From: Amoebophrya sp. A120
Lineage: Eukaryota > Protista > Dinoflagellata
Direction of reading: 5' to 3'
Assembly: GCA_905178155.1 (NCBI GenBank)
Contig: CAJINV010000003.1
Location: 7,983,882 to 8,047,881, forward strand
DNA: 64,000 bases
A model generated the notes under the pieces. The model was given only the letters and a program-made list of their open reading frames with translations. It did not search any database and had not been told where the DNA came from. How positions within the stretch are numbered: the stretch's first letter is position 1; the number at the start of each line of letters is the position of its first letter. Shown piece after piece: positions 61,336 to 64,000 of this stretch. The position numbers and the translations under genes are program-made.

Positions 61336-64000
61336 ATGGATTGCAGCCAGTCAAGTACCGTCTCGTCTTGTGCCTTTGCTGACGATGGGCAGAAGCAGAA
61401 GAGTGGTCAGCAGAGCGCCTTTATGTCCTACCAAGGACAGTATTTCGTGCCGGGTACGAATTATGTCGAGAGCAACATGCACGTGCCGTATGGTGAAGCA
61501 CATTCGTACCTCCAGGGCGACAACGGGTATAATGCGGCCACGAATTACTACGATGGCACTAGCTATAATTACCTCTACGCATCATCGATATCGGATCTCC
61601 ATCCCCACTTCCAACCGGCGACATACGTAAACGAGCCCTGGACCACCACCACGATTGTGCCCCAAGGCGAAGAAGCAAAGGTGGATCATGCTTGGACCAC
61701 CACGACGTCGACCAACTTTCAAAACCAAATGCGAGAAGAGCAGGGCGCCTTCAGGAGCATTATTCCGCGCCAAGAAACTTCATCTCCTGCCGGTGCTAAA
61801 AATTTCCCCAAGCTTCAGGAGGGCGGGTCGTCTAGTAGCTCGTGCCGGAATTATACTAGTCCGCAGAAGCAGTTCCTTGAGGTGGATTCTGCTCTCGTGC
61901 TCCGCGACGGTCTAGCGCTACCCGCAGCGACTGGTAGTTCCCAAGGCGTGACGGGACCAACGGACGGCAGCGTTGTCGGCGGAGAGGATGATCGTGCGGA
62001 GGTGTTACCTACGGAAACGCACGAGAAAACCGGGCGGGTGGAACCGCCCAAGTTTCTTCCCGAGCGGGAGCAGGAGATTCACCTGGTGCATTTTCGGAAG
62101 ACGTACGCTGTCATGGGGGAAATCGTGCAGCGGACCCTGTTGTTTCGCAAACTTCGGAAGACGGCTAAGCGGGAGGGAGCGCTGCTGTCAAACACACCCC
62201 AAGACATTACAGAGGCGACGGAGGTTGCCGGAAAGACAGAAGAAAGTAGCAACTCTTCCTCGGTGGTGCGACCTGATTTGTCGTTCTACGACTTCGGTGC
62301 GGCACCAGGCGGCTTTTGTGCGCAGTTGTTATCGCACACCGCGGAAGTTGGGCGAGGGTACGGAATTTCGTTGCCCCCGTCGGAGGGCGGCTACCACATG
62401 GTCTATCACGATCCGCGGCTAAAAATCCTGCCCGCGAACATTTTTGACATCGAAGATTCCTCGAAGTTGACGAACTTGCACGACGTCTGCAGCAACGGCA
62501 ATGATGAGACCAAATCCAAAACAAGAGCCAGTGCAGCCAGCCCACAGACGGAATTGGAGCTGCAACAAGAGCAGCTAGAATCTGTTCATTCCCCTAAACG
62601 ACCCCCGTCCGAATCCACAGGCCAAGTGCCGCCGGAAGTAGTCCAGCCTTCCACCACACAGCACGATGCTTTTGCGTTGGACGTCGAGCAAGAACCTCCC
62701 CTTCACGGACAGCAGCAAGAAGAACATCAAGCACAGGACCACCGCCGGCCATTCCCAGCGTTAGCGCGGAGCCAGTTCTTGGTGAACCTGATTAACTGCG
62801 ACATGCAAGACCTCGCGATGCAGCGCGACCAGACGCAAGCCGCCGGGCGCGGGCGGGCGCGACGGGGCGCGCCGAACAAGTATCTGCCCATCTGGGCACT
62901 CACGCTGAAGCAGTTCGGCCTCGGACTGGGCGTGCTGGCGGACGGCGGCGCCTTGATTTTCCGGTTCGGCTGGCGAGGATACGACGCCTACGATACCTGG
63001 TACCAGGACTGCGCGTACACGCTGTTCTTCTTTCTGCTCGACGTCTTTCAGTCCGTGGAGCCCTACAAATCGGAGTACGAGAATAATGCCGACACGACCT
63101 GCTACGTCACGTGTACGGGCTTCGATCGGGCGAAGTTTATGGAGCGGCAGAAAGGCCGGGCCTTGCCGTGGAAGCGGTACCGGCGCTGCACCGCGACCTT
63201 TCTTGGTAGAAGGGCGCCGCGTGCTGCGGGGTTCGGGGGCGCCTCTCCGCTCCTCCTCCGCCGCCAAGACACGGACGAGTTGTCCACCGCTGCTGCGAGC
63301 AGTGCGCCAAGTGCAACTTCCGGCAGGGGACGGTGGACGGACGATGGCGCTGCCGGAACAACTTCACCAGAACTGAAACCGGACGAGAGGACATCATTTA
63401 CGACCAGGGCGGCGAAAGTCGATCGCGAACAGGGGCAGGCTGCACAAGTTGAAACGGAAAAGGACAGAACCGCCAAAAGCAAAAAGCCGGAGGAGAGTGC
63501 AAGCGAATCTGATGCCTCGGACGTTGTTCAGGCATCAATCGAGAAGTCCGCGACAGAGGAAGAAGTAATGGCATCGAAGAACGAAGTCGCCGGCGAGGAT
63601 GAGAAACTCCAGTCAGCCGGAAGTGGTGATTGTGCACGACCAGCTTGTTTGGAGGTACCAGGCGGAAGCGATGGCAGTGATATTAAACGTGCTGCAACAG
63701 ACGTCACGTCCTCGGCCCTCCAAAATGTGTCGCAGCTCCAAGATGAGACAGTTGAAGCGGCAAAGCAGCACGGGGATGGCGCAACGGAAAGAAACGTGTT
63801 CAACAACGAGTGCAAGAACCACGGCAGTTGTACTGCGGCGGTGGACGACGTAGAAGTTGAAACAGACGATGGGACAAGAAATCGCTTCACGATGTGGCGC
63901 GAGCCGTCCAGTTACGAAGTATTTTTGCGACTCGCGGACGTGGTGCGGCAGGACCTCTCGTCGGAACAAGACCTGCAGGAGGCGCTGCAGACTTCGCTAT
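61336..64000 (+). CDS. FtsJ-like 2'-O-ribose methyltransferase, 3'-truncated by the window edge
   Basis: Open frame from ATG 61336, apparently to the window end (absent from the ORF track). FYDFGAAPGGF, GISLPPSEGGY, LINCD, LADGGALIFRF, FQSVEPYK, CYVTCTGF. Confidence 0.8.
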   Translation, partial: MDCSQSSTVSSCAFADDGQKQKSGQQSAFMSYQGQYFVPGTNYVESNMHVPYGEAHSYLQGDNGYNAATNYYDGTSYNYLYASSISDLHPHFQPATYVNEPWTTTTIVPQGEEAKVDHAWTTTTSTNFQNQMREEQGAFRSIIPRQETSSPAGAKNFPKLQEGGSSSSSCRNYTSPQKQFLEVDSALVLRDGLALPAATGSSQGVTGPTDGSVVGGEDDRAEVLPTETHEKTGRVEPPKFLPEREQEIHLVHFRKTYAVMGEIVQRTLLFRKLRKTAKREGALLSNTPQDITEATEVAGKTEESSNSSSVVRPDLSFYDFGAAPGGFCAQLLSHTAEVGRGYGISLPPSEGGYHMVYHDPRLKILPANIFDIEDSSKLTNLHDVCSNGNDETKSKTRASAASPQTELELQQEQLESVHSPKRPPSESTGQVPPEVVQPSTTQHDAFALDVEQEPPLHGQQQEEHQAQDHRRPFPALARSQFLVNLINCDMQDLAMQRDQTQAAGRGRARRGAPNKYLPIWALTLKQFGLGLGVLADGGALIFRFGWRGYDAYDTWYQDCAYTLFFFLLDVFQSVEPYKSEYENNADTTCYVTCTGFDRAKFMERQKGRALPWKRYRRCTATFLGRRAPRAAGFGGASPLLLRRQDTDELSTAAASSAPSATSGRGRWTDDGAAGTTSPELKPDERTSFTTRAAKVDREQGQAAQVETEKDRTAKSKKPEESASESDASDVVQASIEKSATEEEVMASKNEVAGEDEKLQSAGSGDCARPACLEVPGGSDGSDIKRAATDVTSSALQNVSQLQDETVEAAKQHGDGATERNVFNNECKNHGSCTAAVDDVEVETDDGTRNRFTMWREPSSYEVFLRLADVVRQDLSSEQDLQEALQTSL

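Noticed and set aside
1-64000. CRISPR arrays, rRNA/tRNA genes, transposase or reverse-transcriptase ORFs
   Set aside because: No regularly spaced repeats or recognisable motifs seen; small RNAs cannot be excluded without a covariance-model search.

Overview
Eukaryotic, intron-containing genomic DNA; no prokaryotic features. About 19-20 protein-coding genes, all on the + strand, with GC-rich exons, AT-richer introns (mostly ~100-350 nt) and long Ser/Ala/Gly-rich in-frame insertions. Donors are mostly GT, some probably GC or GA. This fits a dinoflagellate-lineage protist, most likely an Amoebophrya-like syndinian parasite (inference, no search run). Genes in order: mycothione-reductase-like flavoprotein, coiled-coil protein, AGC kinase, Zwilch-like, WDR7-like, signal-peptide protein with an F-box-like motif, three tandem F-box/LRR paralogues, UBL-BAG, EF-hand-like protein, kinesin-8, Borealin-like, a large membrane/TPR gene, a low-complexity giant, DUF4536-like, DIM1-like methyltransferase, ArfGAP, and an FtsJ-like methyltransferase running off the end. 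Most interesting signals: (1) many introns are closed by end-proximal inverted repeats, often with G-U wobbles and flanking direct repeats; (2) an intron-free ubiquitin-system block at 19-27 kb that includes a candidate secreted F-box effector; (3) divergent kinetochore/CPC-like genes; (4) a dense intergenic GATC cluster. All exon boundaries and family calls were made by eye and need RNA-seq and HMM confirmation.
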